Program-made: the position numbers and the translations under genes | Assembly: GCA_010093995.1 (NCBI GenBank) | Contig: ML992509.1 | Coordinates: 666,178-730,177 of the forward strand | Direction: 5' to 3' | DNA from: Elsinoe ampelina | Taxonomy: Eukaryota | DNA: 64,000 nucleotides | Shown here: positions 1 through 10,679 of the stretch, piece by piece | Numbering within the stretch: the stretch's first letter is position 1 | How the letters are laid out: each line of letters starts with the position of its first letter | Notes under the pieces: generated by a model | What the model was told of the DNA's origin: nothing | What the model saw: only the letters and a program-made list of their open reading frames with translations | Database searches by the model: none

Positions 1-606
1 CAAGTCTGGGGCCGCCCCGTCCGCGTGCCCCTAGCATCAGGCAACTGCGCCCGCTTCACCTTCAAGGAACTCCTCGGCGGCGCCACGGGTGCCGCAGATT
101 ATATCGAGCTCGTCCGCAGCTATAGCGCGTTCGTCATCACCGACGTGCCGGCCATGAATCTACGATCCCGCGATCTCGCACGCCGCTTCATCACTTTTGT
201 CGACGCCGTGTATGAAGGACGAGGGAAACTCGTGCTCACCTCCGAGAAAGGTCTGGGCGAGCTCTTCGTCGGCCGCGACGATATCGGGGAGGCACTCCTT
301 GCGCAAGGGAAAGGGGAGAATCAGAAGCGGAGAAATGGCCAGGACGGGAAAGGCGGCGGGAGCGATCACGGGGAGGCACTGGTCGGGGAGGATATAGAGG
401 CGAACGTGAAGAAGTTGCAGGAGAGTCAGGCTTTTGGTGGTGGGGACGAGGAGACATTTGCTTTTGCGCGAGCGTTGAGTAGGTTGAGTGAGATGGGGAG
501 CCAGGAGTGGGTTGAGCGGGGACTGGGGTTGGAGAAGAAGGGCGGGAGGGAGGAGGCAGAGGGATGGCAGAGAGTGAGGAGCAGATGGAGAGAAGACTCG
601 ATGTGA
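1..606 (+). CDS. AFG1: AFG1/ZapE-family mitochondrial ATPase, C-terminal part (5' end outside window)
   Basis: Motifs ARFTFKELLG..GAADYIEL, ARRFITFVDAVYE and EETFAFARALSRLSEM are typical of the AFG1/LACE1 C-terminus. Confidence 0.9.
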   Translation, partial: QVWGRPVRVPLASGNCARFTFKELLGGATGAADYIELVRSYSAFVITDVPAMNLRSRDLARRFITFVDAVYEGRGKLVLTSEKGLGELFVGRDDIGEALLAQGKGENQKRRNGQDGKGGGSDHGEALVGEDIEANVKKLQESQAFGGGDEETFAFARALSRLSEMGSQEWVERGLGLEKKGGREEAEGWQRVRSRWREDSM

Positions 607-706
607 TGATTTGGATTTGAGATACCCCGTTGTAGAGTGTATTACAGTCGATCGCGTAGATATGAACCACCGAGATGGGAAACAGTACATCCAAGCATCA
701 ACCCTC

Positions 707-1627
707 TCAGTCCTTCTTCGCCCAAGCACTATGCCTCTCCAAATACTCCCCCAACGACAACAGTCCAGGATGCTCCCTCCTCAACCCTGCAATATCAGCC
801 TTATACCCCCCCTTCCCAATAAAATTCATCATCCGCTCCATATCGTGACTCGCCCACATCAACCCCCTACCGAAAATCCCCCACGTCTCCGGCAGCGGCA
901 CACCTGCCTTTTCCCTAAACACCTCCCCAGCCTGCTTGAACGTCACCTCATCGCCCGCCAGACTAATCCCCTTCCCTGCCCGCGTGTCCGGGTTGCGGAA
1001 CGCTTGAGCAGCGAAATGCCCCACGTCTCTCACGGAAACAAGCTGCATGCCCTGATCCGCAGGTAAAGTGGTGCGCCATGCCGCGCCGAAGACCTTCCCG
1101 AAGAAGCTGGGGGTGAAGTTCTCCATGAACGCCACGGGGCGGAGGATGGTGTAGCGCATGTCTGTACCCTTGGCTTTCTCGACAAGGTGTTGCTCGATGT
1201 TGTGCTTCGAGAGGAAATGCGGGACGTCGGTCGAGGTGGTGGAGGAGGCGTCGCCTCCGCGGTCGACGGAGGTGTAGACGAAGTGTTTCACGCCTGCGGC
1301 GAGGGCGGCGTCGACGAGGGCTTTGCCTTGGGCTTCTTCGGTCGTGACGCCGCCTTTGCCCATGGGGGTTTGCACGGAGAAGACGCCTCAGATGTTGGGG
1401 TGGAGGGTTTTGGCGGCGGTGAGGAGGGAGGGGCCGTCGTTGAGGTCGCCGCGGACGAGTTTGATGTTGGGGGAGAGGGTGGTGAGGTGTTGTGCGGCGG
1501 GGGAGGTGGGGTTGCGGGTGACGGCGAGGATGGTGAAGTCGGGGGAGGTGGTGGGGGAGACGAGGGCGTTGATTACGGCGCCGCCTTGGTTGCCTGTGGC
1601 GCCGGTGATGAGGAGGCCTTTGGACAT
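707..1627 (-). pseudogene. NmrA-like NAD(P)-binding protein interrupted by an in-frame TGA at 1388-1390 (pseudogene, sequence error or recoded)
   Basis: LITGATGNQGGAV Rossmann motif; GVKHFVYTSVDRGG, VPHFLSKHNIEQHL, TILRPVAFMEN. The two ORFs are in the same frame and read ...HPNI*GVFSVQ..., where the family normally has IWGVFSVQ. Confidence 0.8.
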
Positions 1628-2213
1628 GTTGACGGTGGTGTGCCTCCCAGATGATGTTTGGGTAATGACTCTCCGAGTGCCTTGTATGTATCTATTAATG
1701 TTGTGGTGTGTGCTTTGAGTTGAGGGTGCAGATGCAATTGACGTGCTTGCGACCGATCGAAGCTTACTCGTGAGGTCCTGTGATGATAGGAGGGGTGTTC
1801 AAATGACACAATTGGTTTCTCTTATATCATCACCTCAAATGGAGCGGACGAACAACCTCCCAGAAGCTCGGCGTGTATCAAGACAAGATGGCCGCAAGCT
1901 TTGAAAGCATCATATTGGGAGGATCGATCAGCCGTTGCATGGAAGCTCTCCCAGCAAAGCTCGGCGCCATCAAGCAGTGCGGCATGACAAAGCTGGGTGA
2001 TGGAGGAATGGACTGCAGCTTGCTAGGCGGATGAACTTCTACTGTAAGATCGGGACCGAGGCTCCGGGGGTCGGCATTGAGGAGACCCGACGGTCACGTG
2101 ATGCATAGATAAAATTGTGGCAACGCATTTTAAAGGATATTCCCATCATGCATTGTGAGGATGCATAGCCTGCACCAGTAAAATTGTTTCTGACTGTATT
2201 CATCTATCCCAGT

Positions 2214-3257
2214 CTAAAAGAACCTCCTGGTTAGGTCCTGAGGCTTGTTCTTCAAAATCCCATCAATCTCGGCCAGAATCTCAGGCGTCAGCTTCGGTAC
2301 AAGCTCGAGAGCTTTGACAGAGTCATAAATCTGCTGGGGACGACTCGCTCCAGTGATGGCAGACGAGACATGCTTGTTGGCAAGCACCCATGCCATTGAC
2401 AAGGTCGCAAGGTTGGTACTCAGCTTCTCCGTTATAGGCAGCAGAGCTTTGACGAGCTTGATCTGCTCCTGCCAGTCATCGGTGCCAAACTTCTCCTTGA
2501 GACTCTTGATGTAGTTGTCGTCTGATTTGCCAAGTCTGCTATCGTCGGGAATACTGTCGTTGTACTTCCCAGTCAGGATGCCAGCTTCCAGAGGGCTGAA
2601 AATGGTCAAGCCGAGCCCTCGGTTCTCGATAAGCAGTCTGTATTCGCCTTCGACTTTGCCTCGAGTGAGGAGATTGTACTTCGGCTGCTCCATCAAGGGA
2701 CCGATGAGGTTGAGTCTCTCAGCAACAGCCCAAGCACGCTCAATCTCATCTGCTTGCCAATCGCTCGTACCCCAGTACAGCGCCTTGCCTTGGTCGATGA
2801 GGTGGTTGAATGCTCGTACGGTCTCTTCCATTGGCGTGTCACGATCAGGGCGATGGGCATAGAGCAGATCGACGTATTCCAGACCGAGACGCTCTAGAGC
2901 GGCTTTGGTGCCCTCAACAAGATGCTTTCTTGACAGACCACCGTTGTTGACTGGGTTATCTCCATTTGCACCACCCCAGTATATCTTTGTGCTGATTACC
3001 AGGTCGTTCCGCTTCCAGCCGTAGTGCTTTATCGCTGCTCCCATGATCTTCTCAGATTCACCACCTGCATAACCCTCGGCACAATCAAAGAAGTTGATGC
3101 CGCAATCGTAAGCGGCTTTCATGCATGCAAAGGTTTCCTCGTTCTCGACATGTCCACCGTAAGTGAGCCACCCTCCAAGTGAGATGGCTGACACTTTGAG
3201 TCCTGAGCGCCCAAGATGACGGTACTCCATCTTCGGGGTACCTGCTGGTGCTGACAT
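2214..3257 (-). CDS. Aldo-keto reductase, Kv-beta subunit-like
   Basis: MEYRHLGRSGLKVSAISLGGWLTYGG, GINFFDCAEGY, ISTKIYWG, LYAHRPD; start taken at MSAPAG. Confidence 0.92.
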   Translation of the reverse strand: MSAPAGTPKMEYRHLGRSGLKVSAISLGGWLTYGGHVENEETFACMKAAYDCGINFFDCAEGYAGGESEKIMGAAIKHYGWKRNDLVISTKIYWGGANGDNPVNNGGLSRKHLVEGTKAALERLGLEYVDLLYAHRPDRDTPMEETVRAFNHLIDQGKALYWGTSDWQADEIERAWAVAERLNLIGPLMEQPKYNLLTRGKVEGEYRLLIENRGLGLTIFSPLEAGILTGKYNDSIPDDSRLGKSDDNYIKSLKEKFGTDDWQEQIKLVKALLPITEKLSTNLATLSMAWVLANKHVSSAITGASRPQQIYDSVKALELVPKLTPEILAEIDGILKNKPQDLTRRFF

Positions 3258-3858
3258 TCTGAGACTGACGAAGCTGTGGAATCGGAGAAGTGGAAGGATT
3301 GTGGGTACAGCAAACCTCAAATACTACCAGGCTGAATGCAAGATGCGGCACAATGTGCCGTCTTGGTCAAAGAGCGGCCCAGCGAACACTAGAACACTCG
3401 TTGAAGGCAAGCAGAGGCGAGATCTCCATCTCGAAAAACGTGCCGTGAGACAATCACATATACCAGGATTAATGGAGACGCTGTGTGGTTGAGGCGGAGG
3501 GGTCGCTCCGTGTCGAACATGGCAAGAGTTGCTATCGATGGATTCCCTTCAGATGGCTTTTAACTAGTGGTCAAGAATGCGTGGGTAGAAGGTGACGAAA
3601 GAGTAGCATCAGGCAAATAATGCAGTGGTCGTTGCAGATTGCATATGAGCAGCAAGCAGAGATGGATAGCAAGTGGTGTGACTCGCTGGATGACTAAGCT
3701 TTTTGCGAAACCCGCGCGTGAAGACGTCTCTCCGCACCGACGAGCAAAAGATTTCGGTCTTTGATCTTGTCAACATCCACAGCTACCCACACAACACCAG
3801 AGAGCTTTCCTCACATCTCTGACATCCACTGGAAGACAAGAACTATCCACCACCCACC

Positions 3859-4725
3859 ATGGCCAACCTCGCCAACCGCACCGACTGGGCAGAAGACGAA
3901 GAGGCAGATCTCGCCTCCGCCCTGCCCGCCCCCCAAATCACCACCAACAAAGACGGCACCGAGACAATCGTGACCTACTTCCTCAACGACGAAGGCAAAA
4001 GGGTCAAACGCACACAACGCATCCGCAAGACAGTCATCAAGCGCTACGAAAAACCCTCGGTCGCAGAACGCAAGACATGGTCCAAATTCGGCATCGAAGC
4101 CGGCCGCGCACCAGGCCCCCACCCGGACACCACCACACTGGGCGAGAACATCGTCTTCAACCCCACCCAGGGGTTCAAGCCAGGTGGCGTGCAGGAGAAG
4201 GACCCGGCGCAGAACAAGAAGGACGAGGCGCTCAAGAAGATGCAGATCAAGTGTCGTATCTGTTCGGGCGACCATTTCACGACAAAGTGTCCGTTCAAAG
4301 ACACGATGGCGCCGGAGGGAGAGGCGGGTGCTGGGTTGGCGGATATGGGACCTGATGTTGGGAAGGAGACGATGAGTGGGTTGGGGGCTGGGGGGAGTAG
4401 TTATGTGCCGCCGCATCTCAGGAAAGGTGGTGCCGGGTCGGGCGAGAGGATGGGTGGGAAGTATGAGAGGGATGATCTGGCGACGCTCAGGGTCACCAAT
4501 GTTAGTGAGTTTGCGGATGAGGGAGAGTTGAGGGATCTGTTTGAGAGGTTTGGGAGGGTCACGAGGGTGTTTCTTGCGAAGGATAGGGAGACGAACAGGG
4601 CGAAGGGTTTCTGTTTCGTCAGTTTCGCGGACAGGAGTGATGCGGTCAGGGCGCAGGAGAAGTTGGATGGTGTGGGTTACCTGCATTTGATCTTGAGGGT
4701 GGAGTTTGCGAAGAAGTCGACTTAG
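3859..4725 (+). CDS. TIF35: Translation initiation factor 3 subunit G
   Basis: DWAEDEE N-terminus, [14 protein letters not shown] zinc knuckle, YVPPHLR, C-terminal RRM ([10 protein letters not shown]...KGFCFVSF). Confidence 0.96.
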   Translation: MANLANRTDWAEDEEADLASALPAPQITTNKDGTETIVTYFLNDEGKRVKRTQRIRKTVIKRYEKPSVAERKTWSKFGIEAGRAPGPHPDTTTLGENIVFNPTQGFKPGGVQEKDPAQNKKDEALKKMQIKCRICSGDHFTTKCPFKDTMAPEGEAGAGLADMGPDVGKETMSGLGAGGSSYVPPHLRKGGAGSGERMGGKYERDDLATLRVTNVSEFADEGELRDLFERFGRVTRVFLAKDRETNRAKGFCFVSFADRSDAVRAQEKLDGVGYLHLILRVEFAKKST

Positions 4726-4843
4726 TGCAAGATGGCATGGTGCTCTGCATTCACTTTGGTGGGACATTACAATTCTCTCATAGACTTGTCACGACAATCT
4801 CGAATGATCATGATCATTTTCTCATTATGTTTTGCCGGCATCC

Positions 4844-5488
4844 CTAATTTTGCCGCGGCTTGACAATTCCATCGTGAACGATGTAGTACATCACCGTCGA
4901 ATCATCATCCAGCGTGGCTAGCAGCACTCTCTTCTTCGTCCTCCATGGGTTGCGAGCCTTGTCTGCATCGCTCACAATCTCCTCGTCGAGGTCGTTCTCG
5001 CCACCTCCGTCAGGGGGCACGAAGCCGATTTGATCAAAGACTTCTCCGAACCGTGATAACGACCACTTTTCCTGAAGGTGAGTCGGTAAAATCCATTCCC
5101 TTTCAGGATCGGGCTTGACCATCTTTAGCAGATTGGCTTCTCCGTCCTTGCCGTTTGTTTCGGTGATTGTCTTCTTTGCGGCTTGCAGCAAGGCGATCTG
5201 CTCGTCCGGATGCACATAGAGACGCTTTGGTGGCAAGCCTGAGATCAGAGGGCGTGGTAATGGCGTGCGTTTTCGTTTCCCGGTGGTACTCGATGATTCG
5301 ATGGGAGCATAATGGTGGATTGTGAGACTGGTCCAATTGTGTTGATACTGTAGGTTGTGGCAGATTTGTAGAGTCAGATGCTGAAGATGAGCCGGATGTG
5401 GTGAAGTTGAGGAAGTGTTTGTGGTGATATATGTCTGAAGCGCAGAGAGAGGCGACATGTCACTACTCGACTGGTTTGTCGCGCCCAT
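4844..5488 (-). CDS. SEN15: tRNA-splicing endonuclease subunit Sen15 (fungal type)
   Basis: HNLQYQHNW, RPLISGLPPKRLYVHPDEQ, EREWILPTHL, RVLLATLDDDSTVMYYIVHDGIVKPRQN. Start is uncertain (5488 or 5458). Confidence 0.85.
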   Translation of the reverse strand: MGATNQSSSDMSPLSALQTYITTNTSSTSPHPAHLQHLTLQICHNLQYQHNWTSLTIHHYAPIESSSTTGKRKRTPLPRPLISGLPPKRLYVHPDEQIALLQAAKKTITETNGKDGEANLLKMVKPDPEREWILPTHLQEKWSLSRFGEVFDQIGFVPPDGGGENDLDEEIVSDADKARNPWRTKKRVLLATLDDDSTVMYYIVHDGIVKPRQN

Positions 5489-6006
5489 ATCTGATGTCAG
5501 TATCCTTACCAAGCTCAAACGAGGAAGCTATCCGAGCATGACTTTTTTTGTGCATGACTGGCTGGGGGGTCGGAGCTTCAAAAAGATTCAAGGTTGCCCG
5601 TTTCCTGCAGCCAAAAAGTGATGATTGGCCGGGTCGATCAAGGCACGAACCCTGTTTAGGCACGACTCCGCGGGCGAGTCTGAGTCTCTGTCAGCGAGCA
5701 CCGAGACCGTTAATAAGACTGACAGCAACGACCTCATCTTGATCGTCTCTTCCGCCTTCATTGATTCTCGACGAGACCCAAGTCATCCACTAGTTACCAG
5801 CCAATTGACGACATAATCCCTGCATACAGGACAAATCCCTGATCGACCAGACAAGCATGAACACCGGCCGCAGCACACGCTAGCAGTACCTGTGACTTCA
5901 TCCCCAGCACAACCTGCACGTCAATTAGAGGCAGCGAACAACGTGGCTTGAAACCTTGATCGCCGCCTTTACCTGCTTTGTTGTCTGCCTTTGACCAATC
6001 TTCAAT

Positions 6007-7458
6007 ATGGCGTCCCAATCAACCTCACCTCGCCCTCGATCAGGCACTGCCTCGTCAATACAATCGGCGACCCGCTCCGTCCGCGCAGCCAGCAATCGAC
6101 TTATGGACTCGAATGTGCCTCTAGGCTTCATGGCCGCGACAGCGACTGCAACGTCCATGGCACCGACGATCAGTGATATCAGAAGAGGTTCATTCGGGTC
6201 GGAAGGATGGGAAAGCAAAGCGCAAGAAGAGCACAACAGCAAGCAAGAGACTTCACAACAAGCCCCAGCGGGAAGGCGGCCATCGTCGACACTTCTTGGA
6301 AGATTCAGCTACAAAGGAGCTGCCAGTCCGACTGTCCCAGAGGAACAAGGTGCCGCACCCAATGGCACCACAGAGCCCTTCCCGGACATGACAACAACCG
6401 AGAAGCAGACAATACAAACAGACGATGGTGCCACACGATCGGTACCCACAACGAGCTCATCCAACCATGGCAAATCAGCGTCAGACGAGATCAGCCCGAC
6501 TGAATCCCACGCTCCCTCATTACCACCACAACCTCTTCAAAAGCGCGGCACCATCCCGAACGGCTTCATCGAACCACCCAAAGTCCCGTGGACCAAATCC
6601 ACCGCCATCGCCCTCACGGCGTTCTTCAAGTGGTTCATCACCCCCTTCGGCTTCCTCGTCACCATCTACGGTCTCAACGTAGTCGCCTGGGGCGGTATGC
6701 TCTTCCTACTCCTCCTCAACGCCGCACCAGCCATGTGCTCCCAAAACGCTCCCTCCAACAACTTCGACGGCTGCAACGACATCCAATCCCCACGCCGCAT
6801 CTGGATCGAAATCACCTCTCAAATCCTCAACGGCCTCTTCTGCGTCACCGGCTTCGGCCTCATCCCCTGGCGCTTCCGCGACCTCTACTTCAACCTCCGC
6901 TGGCGCCTGCTCCACGAAGAGCACTACCTCCGACGCCTCGCAGGGATCAACAGCGGCTGGTTCCGTCTCCCAGGCAGCGACACCATCGACGAAATCCCCT
7001 CGGCCGCGTACCTCTCCTCGCACCCACCAGCCAAACCCCTCCCCGCCCCGTCCGTCGAAACCGGTCTCCCAGACGCAGACGCCGACCCCCGCCTCCCCCT
7101 CCCCCTCTCCAAAACCCCCTCCCCCCCTCTCACCGGCGTCCGCGCCCAACCCACCCGTCTCTGGCTCATGGACTTTGTCATCTGGTGTAATGTCTGGAAC
7201 ACCTTTTTCCAAGCGTGCCTGTGCGGTTTCATGTGGGGACTGAACCGGTACGATCGGCCCTCGTGGAGCACGGGGCTGTTTGTCGCGTTGGCATGCGGGA
7301 TCGCGGGCGTAGGTGGCGTGACGATGTTTGTGCAGGGGAAGAGGGTGAAGAGGGTGGAGGGCGTGAGGCCGGATGGGGGAAACGGTGGGGAGGAGGCGGT
7401 GGGGATGAAGGGGATGCAAGGGGAAGAGAGGGAGGTGGCGAGGGTGTTGGTAGGGTGA
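6007..7458 (+). CDS. DUF2985-family fungal membrane protein
   Basis: GFLVTIYGLNVVAWGGMLFLLL, RRIWIEITSQILNGLFCVTGFGLIPWRFRDLY, CGFMWGLNRYDRPSWSTG; several TM helices. Confidence 0.8.
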   Translation: MASQSTSPRPRSGTASSIQSATRSVRAASNRLMDSNVPLGFMAATATATSMAPTISDIRRGSFGSEGWESKAQEEHNSKQETSQQAPAGRRPSSTLLGRFSYKGAASPTVPEEQGAAPNGTTEPFPDMTTTEKQTIQTDDGATRSVPTTSSSNHGKSASDEISPTESHAPSLPPQPLQKRGTIPNGFIEPPKVPWTKSTAIALTAFFKWFITPFGFLVTIYGLNVVAWGGMLFLLLLNAAPAMCSQNAPSNNFDGCNDIQSPRRIWIEITSQILNGLFCVTGFGLIPWRFRDLYFNLRWRLLHEEHYLRRLAGINSGWFRLPGSDTIDEIPSAAYLSSHPPAKPLPAPSVETGLPDADADPRLPLPLSKTPSPPLTGVRAQPTRLWLMDFVIWCNVWNTFFQACLCGFMWGLNRYDRPSWSTGLFVALACGIAGVGGVTMFVQGKRVKRVEGVRPDGGNGGEEAVGMKGMQGEEREVARVLVG

Positions 7459-7714
7459 TCTGGTGGGAGCCACGCATGAGTCTGGGATTTTGTTTTGTAG
7501 CGTGGCGTTCACGGGGAAACATCTTGGGTCGGGACGGTTATATAAGATGGATTAATCACTATACTTTGTTTGCCAAGCGAGGTGTTCACACCCGATTCCT
7601 ATCAACAGTGAAAGATACCCCTTCCTTACCCTCCATCCCAGGAAAAGAAAAAGTCGAAAAACGCCACGCTAATCCCCACCCCCGTTTTTCCCTTGTCCTT
7701 TTTACAAGAAATAC

Positions 7715-9497
7715 TTACATGACCAAACACCCACAACACCCCGCCTCCTTCTCCTTCTCCCTCTCCTTCTCCTCCCTCTTCTGCCTCCTCAACCCCTCGA
7801 GATCAACCTTGTGCACAATCTTCCCCTCCTCCTCCTCCTTCTTCCCATCATCCCCCTCCCCGTGCGCGTGATGCTGCGGCTGCAACTGCGGCAGTCCGCC
7901 ATGGCTGTCCAGCTCCGCGATCCCCTTTGCGTCTTCCCTGACCTGGTTCTCCCGCGGCAGTGCGCCCACGGTCTGCAGGCGGTACACGCTCTGGCGGTTG
8001 CCTTTGCCTGCGCGGCTCTCGGGGGCGGCCGCCGGGTCGCTGTCCGTGGGCTGCCAGGCGGCGGGGAAGCGTTCGCCGTCGTCGGTGGCTTCGGCGCCGG
8101 AGCGGTGGGGGATGATGTGCGGCTCGCTGCCGTCGAAGCTGACTTGTTTCTTGAGCTTGGGTTTGGGGGGCGCGATGGTTTTGCTGTTGAGGAGGTTGAA
8201 GTCTTTGTCGTATGTGTCGCCCGTGGCGCCCTCGGCGGCCCAGCGTTCTTGCATCATCTTTTTGGCGTGGGTGGGGAGGATTTGTTGGTCGGGTGGGAGC
8301 ATGGGGTCTGGTTTGTACATGGTGGCGATCCAGGGGGCTTCACCTTCGGGACGATGGACTGAGCGAGGCCGGGCATGCGAGGACTTGGGGCGTGCCGAAG
8401 GGGAATCTTTGGTCGATGAAGTCGAGACAACGCGGGGCTTTGTGCTGGTCGAGGTATTACGAGTGTGGTTCTTCTTTGGGTTGAGGGGAGCGGGCTTTGG
8501 GGATTTGGAAAGGTTTGGTGAAGAGGTCGCAGATGAGTCGTTATTCAGCAGTGGCGAGTTGGTAAGATGCATGCTGGCTGGGCGAGATCGCGGAAGCTTC
8601 ATTTCCTGCTGACTTGCTTCGTCAAGCATCATTTGACTGCCCAGACTCTGACTGCGTGGACGATGCATCATCTTGGGCTTTTGCGTTACCTCTGGAGATG
8701 AGCTGAGAGCGAGACTGCCATTTCGACTTCGGTCCAGAGGAGAATCCCGCTCCAAAAATGCATTGGAAAGAGGTGCTGGACTGTTCCGTGAGACGGGAAT
8801 ACGTGATGTTCCTGGTCTGCTGTTTGAGCGCACTCGTGGAGAATGCTCAGGGGCATCTTCGAAGCCAAACCCGCTCGTTTCGACCAGTCCGCTGTTATGC
8901 CGACTGTAGCTCTCCGAGTCTATGGGCACAGGCGGGACAGTCAAGTCGTGCATGTCATCGTACTGCATGGCCGAGTTGATCCCATCCCCGCTGTGGCTCC
9001 TAGTTGTTGGCTGGCTTGAGTCTCGTCGTCTTTTTTCACTGTTGCGACTGGCCGAGCGTGTGGCTGACCTGCTACGAGATCGAGCGGAGCGAGAGCTCGG
9101 CCTCCTCACTCGTAGACCTGCCTCCTGCATCTCTTGTGTCTCAATCTGGGCGAGTTTATCCCTGTGTATCCATGCAGAGTCGTCCACCATTTGTTGGTTC
9201 ATTCCTGACCCAATAGACCTCTTCCTTCCCGAGTCTGAGCTGAGACTCCCACGCCCGGAAGAAGACCGTTTTGAATCATATCCAGTCGCGTAGTACTCGG
9301 AGTTTTTATGACTCTTCAGTGATCGGAATTGCTCACGAGGAATGTTGTAGCTTTGATCCGAGTCCTACCCCACGTCAGTCTTGGAACAAGTCGGACACAG
9401 CCGTCTGGAGACCTACATCAATGTGTGAGGGAACAGCTCTGTCCCAGGGCGAGCCACCGAATCCGCCCATATGGGCTTGGGAGTACGCAGTCGTCAT
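7715..9497 (-). CDS. teaR: TeaR-like prenylated cell-end marker (TeaA receptor); exon 1 9497-9417, intron 9416-9365, exon 2 9364-7715
   Basis: WIHRDKLAQIE and PWIATMYKPDPMLPPDQQILPTHAK blocks; C-terminal CCGCLVM CAAX box. A GTAGGT..ACTGAC..TAG 52-nt intron joins MTTAYS...SPWDRAVP in frame. Confidence 0.75.
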
Positions 9498-9948
9498 CTT
9501 GTGCTACCGATAAGATGCAGTGTGCCGGGGACCGTCTGACTCGTATGGCGAATCTGTCCAAAGAAAGTGTTGAGCTGGTGAGAGTACCTTGAAGCCCTGG
9601 AGGCGGTCTTGGGTCTTTGTCTATGCCATGGGCTGGAACCACGGTACGTAGTTGAGGGAGGCAGGGGAGCCGTTAAAGCAGATCGATCCCGATGAGAATT
9701 GACGTAGCAGACGCTTATAAGGAAGTCCAGTGTCTCTGGTATAGCAGCTTGCCTTCTCTCGAAGAATATGACCAGACTGGCCGGAATCAATGGGGCGGCC
9801 GACGTCAGCTACCGTGAGTCGATAGCGGAACGGTCTTTGGTCCGTTTGGTGTCTTGGTTGGACAGGCTTGGCGGTCTGTGCACATCGAGGTCGTCCTTCC
9901 AGACTCTCTTGCTTGTCTTTCTCTACATGCCCAGCACAACGACCAGAA

Positions 9949-10473
9949 ATGGGCTCGATCAAAACAGTGAATCTGTCAGATACGCCTCAACACTTTCACG
10001 ATTGCTGTCTAGCCATTAGTAATCAGCTTGTTGATCGATTGCTTGCTGTACTGCCACGATCCCCGAAGCACATATTGTCCATTGGCTGTGGAAGTGGTTT
10101 ACTGGAGAGCTTGCTGGTAGTAAATGGTACTGATAAAGTGTCATTGACTGGCATCGAAGTGAACGAAAACGTCAACAAGCATCTTCCGGGGTATGCCTTT
10201 GATACAGTCTCTGGCACGTGGGCCACCTATGCTGGTGCAACGCAGGCGGCCGCATGGATGTTTGTGTACCCTCGCGAACCGCGCTTGCTTGCCAATTATC
10301 TTGCAAGACATGTATCACAGACACTGGAGATGATCCTTTGGCTAGGACCTCGAAATGATTGGGCAGAGTATAATGAGGTATTCGCGGGACATGGCTTCAC
10401 AAGCATGTCTTTGGTCGAAGGCAATAATCTCGTCGCTCCATACGAGATGGCCATTGTTGTCCACGTACAATAG
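9949..10473 (+). CDS. Small hypothetical protein with a class I SAM-methyltransferase-like motif
   Basis: ILSIGCGSGLLE motif I, then GIEV, WMFVYPR and WLGPRNDW; ATG at 9949. Confidence 0.7.
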   Translation: MGSIKTVNLSDTPQHFHDCCLAISNQLVDRLLAVLPRSPKHILSIGCGSGLLESLLVVNGTDKVSLTGIEVNENVNKHLPGYAFDTVSGTWATYAGATQAAAWMFVYPREPRLLANYLARHVSQTLEMILWLGPRNDWAEYNEVFAGHGFTSMSLVEGNNLVAPYEMAIVVHVQ

Positions 10474-10679
10474 AATAGCTGTTGTAAGTGTTTGGTATCA
10501 ACACGCCAACTACCAGCGAATTCCATTTTCTCACGAAACTCGGATGCGCGCACTGAATAAGAGCCAAATACAATGCAATAGGCATTGACAATCCGAGTCT
10601 ACGGAAACGCAATACAGCACCTGGTCAAAAGGAACGCATACCTTAGCAAGAATTCCACGACCGACTGGCCTCAGCAGTC

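Noticed and set aside
1388..1390. TGA as selenocysteine or an alternative genetic code
   Set aside because: The position corresponds to Trp, not Cys. Other genes in the window use TGA as stop and TGG for Trp.
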